This document shows, in pieces, positions 31,343 to 40,738 of a stretch of DNA of 64,000 nucleotides. The DNA lies in NCBI GenBank assembly GCA_017399025.1, contig JAFQEK010000115.1, positions 374 through 64,373 of the forward strand. The letters are read 5' to 3'. The notes beneath the pieces were generated by a model that saw nothing but the letters and a program-made list of their open reading frames with translations, was not told the origin of the DNA and made no database searches. Numbering within the stretch: position 1 is the stretch's first letter; each line of letters begins with the position of its first letter. The translations under genes were made by a program, and so were the position numbers. This stretch comes from Clostridia bacterium. Lineage in GTDB: Bacteria; Bacillota; Clostridia; Oscillospirales; CAG-272.

Positions 31343-33175
31343 TCAAGCAAATTCATCTTCATCTGTATTTTGAAGCATTTTATAATAAGCTTCCATTTTC
31401 TTTTTCCGATAAATCACACTCATTACAATGCCGATACCGACAAAAAGGAAGAGCATAACGGAAAATACGGCAATACCAAATTGGAAAAGGCTCAATCCCA
31501 TGAACAATCTCACACCTGTTACAACATATTCAATGGATTCATAATACACAACCTTTCCGTTGTCCTTTGCAATATCTTCGGGAATGATGGCTGTGGAAGG
31601 ATCCACATCTTTTACATCAAGCGCGATCAGATACTGCGTAGTATCTTTGGTGGATTGCAAATAATATGTTGCATAGCCGCTTTTATCCACAATGACCGAT
31701 TGCAAAAGCGAGAGGCCTCTGCCGGGAACATACTGATAAAGCGTTGCTGTTTTATACGAATGAAATCTTCCGAGATAAATTTTCGGAGAAAAATCCATTT
31801 CCAGACTTCCGTCAAAGGAAAGGAGATAACTTTGCGCATCGCCAATGGTTTTGATATGCTGCTTGGTAGGATTTAAATTTTGAGAAATATGGTACGATAA
31901 TGCAAGCGGTTTTTCTTTTTCTTCTTCCGTATATTCCAATCTTCCGCAATCGATTTTCACGGAAGAACCGTCCTGCATATCAATGGTAAGATCTACTTTA
32001 TCTTTGCCTACAAACTGATTCAGGGTACTTCCCGTAATTTCTGTGGAATCCTTTACGGTTACATCAACTTTGATCTGATTCAAATCTTTGTTCTGATTTT
32101 CACCGTTCTGAACGGCATCCAATAATTCTTTCCAACCATTTTCATTTTCGATCACGGCATCGATGGAAACATCAACTTTAGAATCGCCGTATACACGGTT
32201 TTCATCCTGAACCGTGTATTCCGTTGTATTGGTAACCGTTGTGGAAATGGTGGAATTATTGGTTTGTGTAATGGTATTCGTCCCTATAACCACAGTTTCT
32301 CCATCGTCATCGGAAGAAGAAGTTTGCCCCGAAGAAAAAGGCTTTTCCTCATAATCAAAAACGTATTCGAATTCGCTTCTTCCGCTTTGACGAACAATTT
32401 CATCCAAAATCGGTTTGCCTTTTTCTTCCGTACCGCCGTAATTCACCTTATAAAAGCTTGGGCAGTTTTCAAAAGAACCCTCTCCGATTTGAGAAATATT
32501 TTCCGGCAAGAAAACTGCGGTCAGCAATTCACAGCCGTAAAACGTCCAGACGGGCAATGCTTCCACGGAAGCTTTGATATTAGCGTTTACAAGACTCGTA
32601 CAATACGAAAAAGCAAGGTCCCCAAATGATGTAACCGAAGCCGGAACATCAACGGTTTTCAAGGAAAAACAAAGATAAAAAGCTTTTCTGCCTAAGGTTT
32701 TCAGTGTTTCCGGCAAACGGATTGCCATCAAAGACTCACAGCTTTCAAACGCACCTTCTTTGATAGTTTCCAATCCCTCGGAAAACGAAACCATTTTCAG
32801 TTGGGTACAATTGAGAAAAGCATAGTTGCCGATGGTTTTCAAAGTAGACGGAAGCGTTACGGAAACCACGTGCTCTAAACCGCGAAATGCACGGTTGCCG
32901 ATTGTGGTTATACCTTCTTCCACTACAATCACACGAATGTCATTGCGATGGGAATACCACGGTGCGGGATACAGTTCCGAATAGATGGGCATTTCGCCCG
33001 TACCGGAAACGGTTAAAATTCCCGTTTCGGAAAGCGTCCATTTCAAATTTTCACCGCAGGTTCCGCTTGACTCCGCCGCCGAAACGAACGGAACAAACAG
33101 AGAAACGAACAACGCTGTCAAAGTCAAAATCAAAATAAGACGCCTCATATTGTCTTTGGTTGTTTTTTTGCGCAT
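31343..33175 (-). CDS. cell-surface BspA-type leucine-rich-repeat protein with C-terminal TM anchor
   Basis: Signal peptide (LFVSLFVPFVSAAE), ~8 LRR_5 units, and a C-terminal TM segment (LFQFGIAVFSVMLFLFVGIGIVMSVIY). Confidence 0.85.
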   Translation of the reverse strand: MRKKTTKDNMRRLILILTLTALFVSLFVPFVSAAESSGTCGENLKWTLSETGILTVSGTGEMPIYSELYPAPWYSHRNDIRVIVVEEGITTIGNRAFRGLEHVVSVTLPSTLKTIGNYAFLNCTQLKMVSFSEGLETIKEGAFESCESLMAIRLPETLKTLGRKAFYLCFSLKTVDVPASVTSFGDLAFSYCTSLVNANIKASVEALPVWTFYGCELLTAVFLPENISQIGEGSFENCPSFYKVNYGGTEEKGKPILDEIVRQSGRSEFEYVFDYEEKPFSSGQTSSSDDDGETVVIGTNTITQTNNSTISTTVTNTTEYTVQDENRVYGDSKVDVSIDAVIENENGWKELLDAVQNGENQNKDLNQIKVDVTVKDSTEITGSTLNQFVGKDKVDLTIDMQDGSSVKIDCGRLEYTEEEKEKPLALSYHISQNLNPTKQHIKTIGDAQSYLLSFDGSLEMDFSPKIYLGRFHSYKTATLYQYVPGRGLSLLQSVIVDKSGYATYYLQSTKDTTQYLIALDVKDVDPSTAIIPEDIAKDNGKVVYYESIEYVVTGVRLFMGLSLFQFGIAVFSVMLFLFVGIGIVMSVIYRKKKMEAYYKMLQNTDEDEFA

Positions 33176-33188
33176 AGGCGCCTCCTTT
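33126..33188. repeat. direct repeat copy 1 (~63 bp; covers RBS and first ~17 codons of the LRR gene)
   Basis: AAAATCAAAATAAGACGCCTCATATTGTCTTTGGTTGTTTTTTTGCGCATAGGCGCCTCCTTT recurs at 33861..33923 with 3 mismatches. Confidence 0.85.
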
Positions 33189-33230
33189 AGAGATACATAA
33201 AAGTTTCACAAATGTAGTTATAGGTCCGAA

Positions 33231-33605
33231 TCAAAACAGTTGAGATGATACGCTTTGTATTCTCTCGTTGACCGTTTTGTCAATCACGGTACAAACGCCC
33301 TGCAAATTTACCATCACTTCATGATTGGTAAACCGCAAAACCTTTACACCTTGTTCATTCAAATAATTGGTTCTGCACAGATCATGCTGTTTCCCTTGAG
33401 GAAGATCATGTTGCGCACCATCAATTTCAATTGCAAGTTTCACACGGGCACAGTAAAAATCTAAAATATAGATGCCTACCGTTACTTGGCGGCGGAATTG
33501 AACAGGATATTTACGCAAATATGCATACCATAATTTTGCTTCCGCTTGTGTCATATTTCTACGTAAATCTTGGGCAAAAGGAGTTAATTTTGGATTGTGT
33601 TCCAT
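33231..33605 (-). CDS. DUF559 (Vsr-like) endonuclease domain protein
   Basis: 124 aa: LWYAYLRKYPVQFRRQ...YILDFYCARVKLAIEIDGAQH...VLRFTNHEV, the typical DUF559 core. Confidence 0.85.
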   Translation of the reverse strand: MEHNPKLTPFAQDLRRNMTQAEAKLWYAYLRKYPVQFRRQVTVGIYILDFYCARVKLAIEIDGAQHDLPQGKQHDLCRTNYLNEQGVKVLRFTNHEVMVNLQGVCTVIDKTVNERIQSVSSQLF

Positions 33606-33641
33606 GATATATATATTCTCCTTTTGGAAATTTCGAGGTGT

Positions 33642-33849
33642 AAAACCTCATCCGTCTTGCCTTACGGCAATCCACCTTCCCCAAAGGGGAAGGGCTCGCG
33701 GCGCGTAAGTAACATAGATTTCAGAATTTTCTTTTTCTCAAATCTTTCATTCTCAGAGCCTTCAGCCCTTCCCCTCAGCTTTCGCAGAAAATCTGTAAAT
33801 CATCAGCGTATGGGGAAGGTGGCAACCGTAGGTTGACGGATGAGGCTTT
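33642..33849. repeat. imperfect ~38-bp inverted repeat pair with GGGGAAGG motifs upstream of the DUF559 gene
   Basis: Left arm: AAACCTCATCCGTCTTGCCTTACGGCAATCCACCTTCCCC (33642..33681). Right arm: GGGGAAGGTGGCAACCGTAGGTTGACGGATGAGGCTTT (33812..33849). A local hairpin CCTTCCCCAAAGGGGAAGG lies inside. Confidence 0.75.
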
Positions 33850-34117
33850 TTGATAAGTTAAAAATCAAAATAAGACGCCTCATACTGTCTTGGGTTGTTT
33901 TTTTGCGCATAGGCGTCTCCTTTTTCTCAATATTAAACATTTTGAATTTTACTGTTTTTTCGATTGAGATTCTGTTTGCATCTTCATAAATACATAGCAC
34001 AATATAAATAATATCCAATACAAAAATAATAACTCCTATACCGCGACAGTTAATGGAGTAATTATAAAAATGCGTAGCCGTCCAAGCCAATACATTTATA
34101 ATATCAAATACTATCAT
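33803..34117 (-). CDS. hypothetical small membrane ORF whose 3' end is the duplicated LRR-gene start (doubtful)
   Basis: The first ~70 aa are hydrophobic (GIGVIIFVLDIIYIVLCIY). The ORF then reads through duplicated MRKKTTQDSMRRLILIF into the inverted-repeat region. Confidence 0.25.
   Translation of the reverse strand: MIVFDIINVLAWTATHFYNYSINCRGIGVIIFVLDIIYIVLCIYEDANRISIEKTVKFKMFNIEKKETPMRKKTTQDSMRRLILIFNLSKSLIRQPTVATFPIR
33861..33923. repeat. direct repeat copy 2 (~63 bp)
   Basis: Near-identical to 33126..33188. Confidence 0.85.
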
Positions 34118-34772
34118 TTTTTCTCAATTGTCTTTTTCTAAAAATCAAAATGCCAACACCAATGGCGAAAGAAATAACAGACCATATCGTTCCCATAGGA
34201 ACAAAAAGCTCTGTGGTTACCCATTCTTTACGGAAGAAATTCAAAATAAATCTCGTCGCACCGTAAAGTACAAGATACCACGGATATATCGTGCCTTTGT
34301 TTTTTTCGCGATATGCTAAAATCATCAAAATTGCAACTACCAACAAAGCAGCGCTCAATTCGGCAAGCTGGCTGGGAAAAATAACATCCGTTCCGTCTGC
34401 TTTTGTCCAAAGAACTCTGCCGGCACAACAGTTTTCCATAAAACACAAGGTTTTCATCAGCACGAGCATAATACATTCCGCAGGCGCACACAAATCCATA
34501 AGCTGTCCGTAAGGAATCTTCAATAATTTTGCCACAAACAAAAACAGCACCGGAACGATAAAAACTGCGCCATAGAAGGAACGTCCTCCAAGCTCAAGAT
34601 TTTCAACAAAATACCAGATATAGGTTCCCAAAACACCTGAGATTGTCAGTAAAACTGCCGCTATCGCAATTTTTGATTTGCGGATACGATACCATTTTCC
34701 GATAATTAACATCGGAATCGACATGGAAAGCGTACCAAGCGCAAGAAAAATTAAAAATTTTGAATTCATCAT
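34104..34772 (-). CDS. divergent prolipoprotein diacylglyceryl transferase (Lgt)-family membrane protein
   Basis: Polytopic. GGRSFYGAV, DLCAPAE, FPSQLAELS and YLVLYGATRFILNFFR parallel the Lgt blocks. The GRxGNF block is replaced by ENCCAGRV. Confidence 0.5.
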   Translation of the reverse strand: MMNSKFLIFLALGTLSMSIPMLIIGKWYRIRKSKIAIAAVLLTISGVLGTYIWYFVENLELGGRSFYGAVFIVPVLFLFVAKLLKIPYGQLMDLCAPAECIMLVLMKTLCFMENCCAGRVLWTKADGTDVIFPSQLAELSAALLVVAILMILAYREKNKGTIYPWYLVLYGATRFILNFFRKEWVTTELFVPMGTIWSVISFAIGVGILIFRKRQLRKNDSI

Positions 34773-34785
34773 ATACCTTTTTCCC

Positions 34786-34820
34786 AAGTCAACCACTTAC
34801 AATATGCAAGTGGTTGACTT
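34786..34820. terminator. 13-bp stem hairpin downstream of the 1674-aa gene (terminator-like, no clean T-run)
   Basis: AAGTCAACCACTT / AAGTGGTTGACTT. Confidence 0.45.
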
Positions 34821-34905
34821 TTATCATTATTCATTATTTCGGATCTGTAACCGCTATACTGATTTCAAAATTAACAGTATAAAACCATTACATTTGATCA
34901 TCGGA

Positions 34906-37900
34906 TTAATACGGGTTATTGATCGTGATCGTTGTAACCGCATTGCCGTTCAGGTCTTTCAGTGCCATACCGGAAAGGTTAACCGTAAATGTTACACCTT
35001 CATAGGTCAATGTCAATACGCTTGCAGAAATTGTGCCTGCTGCAGTCTTCGTGTCCGAAGCAGCTGTTCTGGAAGCATAGTAACCGATATTTCTGGAGCA
35101 ATTACCGTCAGCAGTCCAAGCAAAACCGGTTGTCTTGGTTGTGCCATTATAGACATGGACATTATCACCGAAATTCAATGCCGCCGAAGCTGCATTACCC
35201 AAACCGGAAAGTTTAATCGTAACACTCGGACGGGAGTAATTATGTCTGTAAGGATCGCATGTACTACCAGAGCCGCTTCTGCTACATCTGAAGTAAACTT
35301 CCGCGTAACCGCTGGCGAATGCAGCCGCTTTATGATTTTCCGTATGACTGTTATTTTGATTACTGTCTGTCGTATCTACCGCACCTGTGCCTGTGGGAGA
35401 AACTGCCGTAACAGCTACCGTCGGCAATGTCGAGGTTACCGTAATTGCGGACATTGTCTTATCTTCATACAAGCTGGTATCCGGATCGTTCGGAGAAGCT
35501 GCCACCGTTTTCAAGGATACACTGTACTGTCCTGCAAGATAGATTTCCTTTGTGGGAAGTTCCGCAGAATATACACCGTCGCCATCGGGGTCAGTCAAAG
35601 TTGCCTGAATCAGTTTGGATGCTATGCTATCATAACCGTTACCCGAAATGGTGTAATACTGATTCATGGTATCTCTGCTATGCGTAATGGTAAGACTGAG
35701 ATCGCCCAAAGCCTTGATAGGCTTATTTTCGAAGTCTACAAGAGAAACATCAATCACACCGTCACCGAAGAGAGTGTGTTTTTCAAGGAATGCACCCGTA
35801 AAGCCGGTGGTATAACCTTTACCACCCTCAACAGATGTTTTGATGGTAGCAATGATCTTAATCTTCAAAGCAGCCTGTTCTTCTTCCGTATAAGAAATAG
35901 AAAGGAATCCGCTTTCTTCGTTTGCCGCATCAAAGGCATCCGAGCCTGTCAGACTTGCCAAATTTGCATTCGACTGATAGAAGGTCTTATCCGTGTCTGT
36001 AACATTGGTAAACTTTACTTCAACCAATTGATAGAATCCGTCTGCAAACATGGATTTGTCTCCCAATTTGGGAATTTGGAAAGAGAAAATACCGCTTGTT
36101 TCATCAATCTGTACATATTCCTGAGATTGCAAAACAATATAACTTTCACTTCCGTCTGCAGCAACGACTTTGAATTTACCGAAAACCGAAGCCGAGCTTG
36201 CATGTTTGAATGTCAAATCCACTCTGGGATATTCATGTACCTGAGGATTGGAATTTGTAACCGCAACAAACTCGGAAATCGGAGCGTTTACACCCAGATA
36301 TTGATACGGATCTTTGGTTGCCGCAACAACTCTGGTTGCACCGATTGATGCCGTTACTTCCTGGTCGCCGGATTCCATGGGAATAATAACTTTGGTGAAT
36401 GCATACGAACCGGGCGCATTTACGGTCAAAGCCGTACCGGCATAGTTATCAGCGATAGGATCCCATTTCAGCTTCATTGTAATGTTACCGTAAATCAAGC
36501 TGATACCGCCTACACCACCGAGCTGTTTGATTTCTTTTCCTGTTTCATCATAAATTTCAAGTTTTGCATCAAATTTATGTTCTTTGCTGAAATAGAAATA
36601 AGTATGGACATCATTGGTTCTGTCATAACGGTATTCTTCATTTTCAGCAAAATCTGTGGGAGCTGTCAGCCAAACCTGTGTTTTCAATCCGAGAACAACC
36701 TCACGGATGAAAGGATTCACTTCGTAATATTCTCCGTCCAACAGGAGATAACGGAGCGTATACGTACCGCTGGCATTAAAAGTAACCTTTGCACTCCAAT
36801 CTCCGGAAGTGCCTTTCTGAACAAAGTTTACGTCAACGTTGACGTTATCTTCATTGGTAAAGATACCTTTCACTGTTTTCGGCATTGCGTAGCCTTCACT
36901 GGCTTTGATCGAAAGCGTAAAGGAATCGCTGACGTAGGAATCTGCTGTCATAAACGTGTAGTCCGGACCAAGATTGCTTTGCAAATTCTCGATTTTCAGA
37001 CCTTCAATGATAAATTCTATCGGCGTTTGCAGCAACCGCTCCTGTCCGTCAACCAAAACACTTCTCAAAATATACGTACCGGGAGTCGCAAACGTAAAAT
37101 CACAAACCCACTGATCGCCCGATTTTATAAAAGGAATATCTTCTTCGAAATAGAGAGAACCTTGGGTAGAGCTGATCTTACGCGTGAAATTCGCTTTCAC
37201 GCTGTTGGGCTCCATACCGTCAACCTTAACGGTAACCGTCTTGACATGTGTAATGCCAGACTGGGATTTATCTGCGATAGTTGCGGAAACGGTAATTTTC
37301 TCATCCATCAAAGCTTCGTCTTTCAAAGCTTCTTCGTCATATGTTGTACCAAATTGAATATTGAACTGACCTTTGATATCAGAAGATGCCAAAACGTCCT
37401 TATTTTCAATGGAAGTACCTTCCAGATAAATCAATGCAGAAATCAAAGCAGGGTCTCCGGTTTTCAAACCGGTAATCGTACGGTATGTGGTTTCCTCGCC
37501 TGTAATGGGATCCGTTACCGTCTGTTCTCCGTAACCGCTGTACAAAACAAGAGGAACCAAATGGCGTCCGTATTCAGAGAAACAGTATTGCGTATCCAAT
37601 TTTGCAACTGCAAGCAAATTACCGTTTGCATCGACAAAAGCAACACGCATAAGTTCAAGAACACCGAGAATGGTATTCAAGTCTGTCGGGTCTGCATAGA
37701 AAGTATAACAGCTTCCCGAACCTTGAGAGGTACTGTATTTCGCTTCATCCACACCGAAAGGCAGATCTTCGATATCCCAAATACGGTTGGAAGCGCTGTA
37801 ACCATTCGGAATTTTATTAATTTTCAGTTCAGGAGAACCGGAAATTTCTTTTTTTACCGTCGCGCGAAGCGTTTGATCTTCGTTGTAAAGCTTTTCTTCC

Positions 37901-39930
37901 ACTTCAATTTCCGAACCGCTGTCCGCATAATACCAAACGGTTTTGCCGCCTGTTGTCAGCTTGTATACCTCAATACCCTCCAAATCCAAAATTTCGGGGT
38001 CTTTGCCTTCTTCCGTTGTGGTTTGTTTGATGTTTGCAAGATAAATTTGCACTTCGACTTCTTCTTCTCCAACAACAACCTTTTTGGTAACGGGAATTTC
38101 CTCAAAGGTAACTTCGCCTTCCAATATCAGGGAAGCTCCCGGAACGTTGGTGCGAAGCCAAAAGTCAATCGCAAGACCGTAAGTATCCAAAGCCTGATAG
38201 CTGTAAACAACATAACCTGTATCCAACGTATCCGTTGCGCCAATCATCGTTTGGGTGGAAAGCGAAGGAGCCAGCTTTCCGTCTGATCCTGTTGTGGGCG
38301 CATTGGTTTTTACGTTTGCTAAGATCGTTTGGTCTGTGGTAATACCCGCAAATGACAGTGCCCATGAATTATCACCGGCGCGGTTCTTGATCGCATTGAT
38401 TTCAGCCAAAACAGAAATTTTTTCAATTTTAATGCCGCCTTCGCTGCTGTAGAGAAGTGCATCGATATCACGGATAACACCCTTCTGAACAACGGCGTTG
38501 TTGTCAGTTTCCTTACCGTTCAAAATTCCCGTCAAACCGCTGAGATTCTGGCTCAGACTGGAGAACCACGAGCTCAAAGATTTTCCGTTTACCTGTGTTG
38601 ATTCGATATTAACAAGATTGTTAACATCGGTAGCAACCTCATACCAGTAAATCTCGTCGCCTTCCGTCAATTCTCTATTCAGATTGGAAATTGCGGTTTT
38701 CAAGGAGTTTCTTATTTTTACATAACTCGTAAGTGTAGTTTTGAAAGAAGCGGGAATTTTATTATCGGAAGCGCGTTCCTTATTCATCGCATCGATCAAA
38801 GAGGAATATCGCGAACAGAAATCGTCAAGACCTTCTTCCGTAAGATAGCCTGTTTCTGCATCCTCTGCAAATCTTACCCAAGTTTCGGGCCATTTGAAAT
38901 CTTTTTCCGGATTTGCCAATGCGTCATATTCTGCTCTGTTGATATAAGTATCCATCTGATACAGATAGAACAATTCCGCAAATCCTTCGCCCGCCATATG
39001 CAAAACCTTATTGTCCAAATCTAACATCAAATCATAAAGCGCCTGCATATCCTTCTGGTCGCAAGAAATCGGAACATAGGTTTTGGAGGCATCCCAATCG
39101 CTCGGCGGCGCTTCCGTTAAGGTTTTATAGAGCATACCGTTCAGATATGTTCCCATCAAGCCGCTGAGAGGAGAGTGGTCCACATATTTCAAGTCCATTC
39201 TCTGCACAATGGATGTCAATTGCGATCTCGATTCGCCGAACAACTGAACGGGAATCGTTTCCGTCAGCATCTTCGTATAATAAAGACCAAGCTTACTTTC
39301 TACGTGTGTCGGCTTTGCAAGAATGGAAGATACCGCTTTAACACCGGGAATATCCGATTTCAAAAAACCGTATTTGCCATTTGCAATTTCCATATACTGC
39401 GTATAACCGAAATCCGAGTTTTTATCATTTTCCACACGTCCGTCCGGTCCGTACGTCGCAGATACGAAGGGTTTTTTCGACAAAGAACCCGTGTTCAAAG
39501 TTGTCGGACGCAAAATGATCTGATCCAAACCGTAAGAGGGATCCGAAAGGTTAATTAAGTTACCCCACGTCTGGTTACGCTGCTGTATGGAAAGCAACGA
39601 GTCGCCGACCGCAGATTCACCCGGCGGTATTGCTTTGATTTCTTTTACAATGGGGTTGCCGTCACCGTCAAGAACATTGTTTCCTTCGTCATCTGTTTCA
39701 TATATGATTTCATATGAACCTGCCAATGCAATTTCCAAGTTACCGTTGGCGGTGATGGTTGTGGTTGCGCCCGAAACTTCGGGGGCAACAGAAAGCGTTG
39801 TCCAAGCAAATGCCGTCATGGTAACCATGGCAATGGAAAACGCAAAAATCAGAAGCGAAGCAAAAACGCGTTCTTTCACATGAGGCAACTGCGCCTGATA
39901 CATTCGTATCCTTTTTTCTGTTTCTCTCAT
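34906..39930 (-). CDS. 1674-aa giant surface protein: SipW-type signal peptide, TasA-superfamily-like head (~aa 40-870), Ig-like repeat tail
   Basis: N-terminus ...MVTMTAFAWTTLSVAPEVSGATTTITANGNLEIAL. Shares the blocks TWGNLINL..YGLDQIILRP..YGPDGRV, IDFWLRTN and IYLEGTSIENKD...GQFNIQFGT with ORFs 51744..53879 and 50421..51410. The C-terminal half has repeated ~100-aa modules with a GTY.L...L.DG motif. Confidence 0.8.
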   Translation of the reverse strand: MRETEKRIRMYQAQLPHVKERVFASLLIFAFSIAMVTMTAFAWTTLSVAPEVSGATTTITANGNLEIALAGSYEIIYETDDEGNNVLDGDGNPIVKEIKAIPPGESAVGDSLLSIQQRNQTWGNLINLSDPSYGLDQIILRPTTLNTGSLSKKPFVSATYGPDGRVENDKNSDFGYTQYMEIANGKYGFLKSDIPGVKAVSSILAKPTHVESKLGLYYTKMLTETIPVQLFGESRSQLTSIVQRMDLKYVDHSPLSGLMGTYLNGMLYKTLTEAPPSDWDASKTYVPISCDQKDMQALYDLMLDLDNKVLHMAGEGFAELFYLYQMDTYINRAEYDALANPEKDFKWPETWVRFAEDAETGYLTEEGLDDFCSRYSSLIDAMNKERASDNKIPASFKTTLTSYVKIRNSLKTAISNLNRELTEGDEIYWYEVATDVNNLVNIESTQVNGKSLSSWFSSLSQNLSGLTGILNGKETDNNAVVQKGVIRDIDALLYSSEGGIKIEKISVLAEINAIKNRAGDNSWALSFAGITTDQTILANVKTNAPTTGSDGKLAPSLSTQTMIGATDTLDTGYVVYSYQALDTYGLAIDFWLRTNVPGASLILEGEVTFEEIPVTKKVVVGEEEVEVQIYLANIKQTTTEEGKDPEILDLEGIEVYKLTTGGKTVWYYADSGSEIEVEEKLYNEDQTLRATVKKEISGSPELKINKIPNGYSASNRIWDIEDLPFGVDEAKYSTSQGSGSCYTFYADPTDLNTILGVLELMRVAFVDANGNLLAVAKLDTQYCFSEYGRHLVPLVLYSGYGEQTVTDPITGEETTYRTITGLKTGDPALISALIYLEGTSIENKDVLASSDIKGQFNIQFGTTYDEEALKDEALMDEKITVSATIADKSQSGITHVKTVTVKVDGMEPNSVKANFTRKISSTQGSLYFEEDIPFIKSGDQWVCDFTFATPGTYILRSVLVDGQERLLQTPIEFIIEGLKIENLQSNLGPDYTFMTADSYVSDSFTLSIKASEGYAMPKTVKGIFTNEDNVNVDVNFVQKGTSGDWSAKVTFNASGTYTLRYLLLDGEYYEVNPFIREVVLGLKTQVWLTAPTDFAENEEYRYDRTNDVHTYFYFSKEHKFDAKLEIYDETGKEIKQLGGVGGISLIYGNITMKLKWDPIADNYAGTALTVNAPGSYAFTKVIIPMESGDQEVTASIGATRVVAATKDPYQYLGVNAPISEFVAVTNSNPQVHEYPRVDLTFKHASSASVFGKFKVVAADGSESYIVLQSQEYVQIDETSGIFSFQIPKLGDKSMFADGFYQLVEVKFTNVTDTDKTFYQSNANLASLTGSDAFDAANEESGFLSISYTEEEQAALKIKIIATIKTSVEGGKGYTTGFTGAFLEKHTLFGDGVIDVSLVDFENKPIKALGDLSLTITHSRDTMNQYYTISGNGYDSIASKLIQATLTDPDGDGVYSAELPTKEIYLAGQYSVSLKTVAASPNDPDTSLYEDKTMSAITVTSTLPTVAVTAVSPTGTGAVDTTDSNQNNSHTENHKAAAFASGYAEVYFRCSRSGSGSTCDPYRHNYSRPSVTIKLSGLGNAASAALNFGDNVHVYNGTTKTTGFAWTADGNCSRNIGYYASRTAASDTKTAAGTISASVLTLTYEGVTFTVNLSGMALKDLNGNAVTTITINNPY

Positions 39931-39954
39931 GATGAAATTTCCTTTCCTGAGAAG

Positions 39955-40653
39955 TTATTGTAAATTTTTATCTTGAAAATGATAATTGTCTGCCTTTGAA
40001 CTGTCTATATCTGAACCGTGAGGCAAAGATGGAGGGTTCGCTTTCATCTGCGTTTCCATTTCCTCTCGGAGTTTTTTCATTTCTCGCTGTATTTTTTTCA
40101 GATTTTCATGTAAAATAAATGCCGCTATAATGACTACGGGAATGATAATCAAAGTGAAAAAGCCGATTCCGCTTGTCAAAACCGAATATGCATTCAAAAG
40201 GAAACTGTCTTCTCCCGTAACGGAAATGACTTTACCGATGAAGTTGGATTCTATTACATAATAGGAATCTTCACTGTTATTGGCATCGCCTCGCGTGGTC
40301 AATGCAACTTTTCCGTCAATGGTTCTGATATCCACAACACGGTGGGTAACGATATTTCCGTTCATATACGATTCCATGGAACGGAAACAAATGATATCTC
40401 CGACTTTAATTTTTTCAATGTCGGTTTCTTTATTGAGAATCAGCGCGCCGACAGGAATTGCCGGCTCCATACTGTCGGTTACAACGCGGAATACGCTGAA
40501 ACCGAAAATAGAAACATAACGTTTTGTCTGAATTTGAACGACTACGGTAAAGCAAAACGCGAGCGCCACAATCAGAAGAATGGTTGTGGAAATGGAGATT
40601 ATTTTCGATAATCGCGTTTTCTTTTGTTTTTGAGGATAGATTTCTTCGTTCAT
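39955..40653 (-). CDS. sipW: signal peptidase I, SipW (ER/archaeal) type
   Basis: N-terminal TM segment, SDSMEP catalytic Ser box, VTHRVV His box, TTRGDANNSED box, and a C-terminal TM segment. Confidence 0.85.
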   Translation of the reverse strand: MNEEIYPQKQKKTRLSKIISISTTILLIVALAFCFTVVVQIQTKRYVSIFGFSVFRVVTDSMEPAIPVGALILNKETDIEKIKVGDIICFRSMESYMNGNIVTHRVVDIRTIDGKVALTTRGDANNSEDSYYVIESNFIGKVISVTGEDSFLLNAYSVLTSGIGFFTLIIIPVVIIAAFILHENLKKIQREMKKLREEMETQMKANPPSLPHGSDIDSSKADNYHFQDKNLQ

Positions 40654-40690
40654 GATATAAAATCCTCCCTCCGAAAAATATTGGTTCCGT

Positions 40691-40720
40691 TTATCGGAGG
40701 ATTTTTCAATCCTCCGATAA
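40691..40720 (-). promoter_or_regulatory. intercistronic hairpin between the beta-helix gene and sipW
   Basis: TTATCGGAGGAT / ATCCTCCGATAA 12-bp stem with no T-run. Confidence 0.4.
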
Positions 40721-40738
40721 ACTTCAAGGAGATTTATC

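Noticed and set aside
34678-38286. Plus-strand ORFs 34678..36348 and 36577..38286 (556 and 569 aa)
   Set aside because: They are antisense to the 1674-aa gene, whose product is homologous to two other ORFs in the locus. The antisense products are C/R/F/I-rich nonsense.
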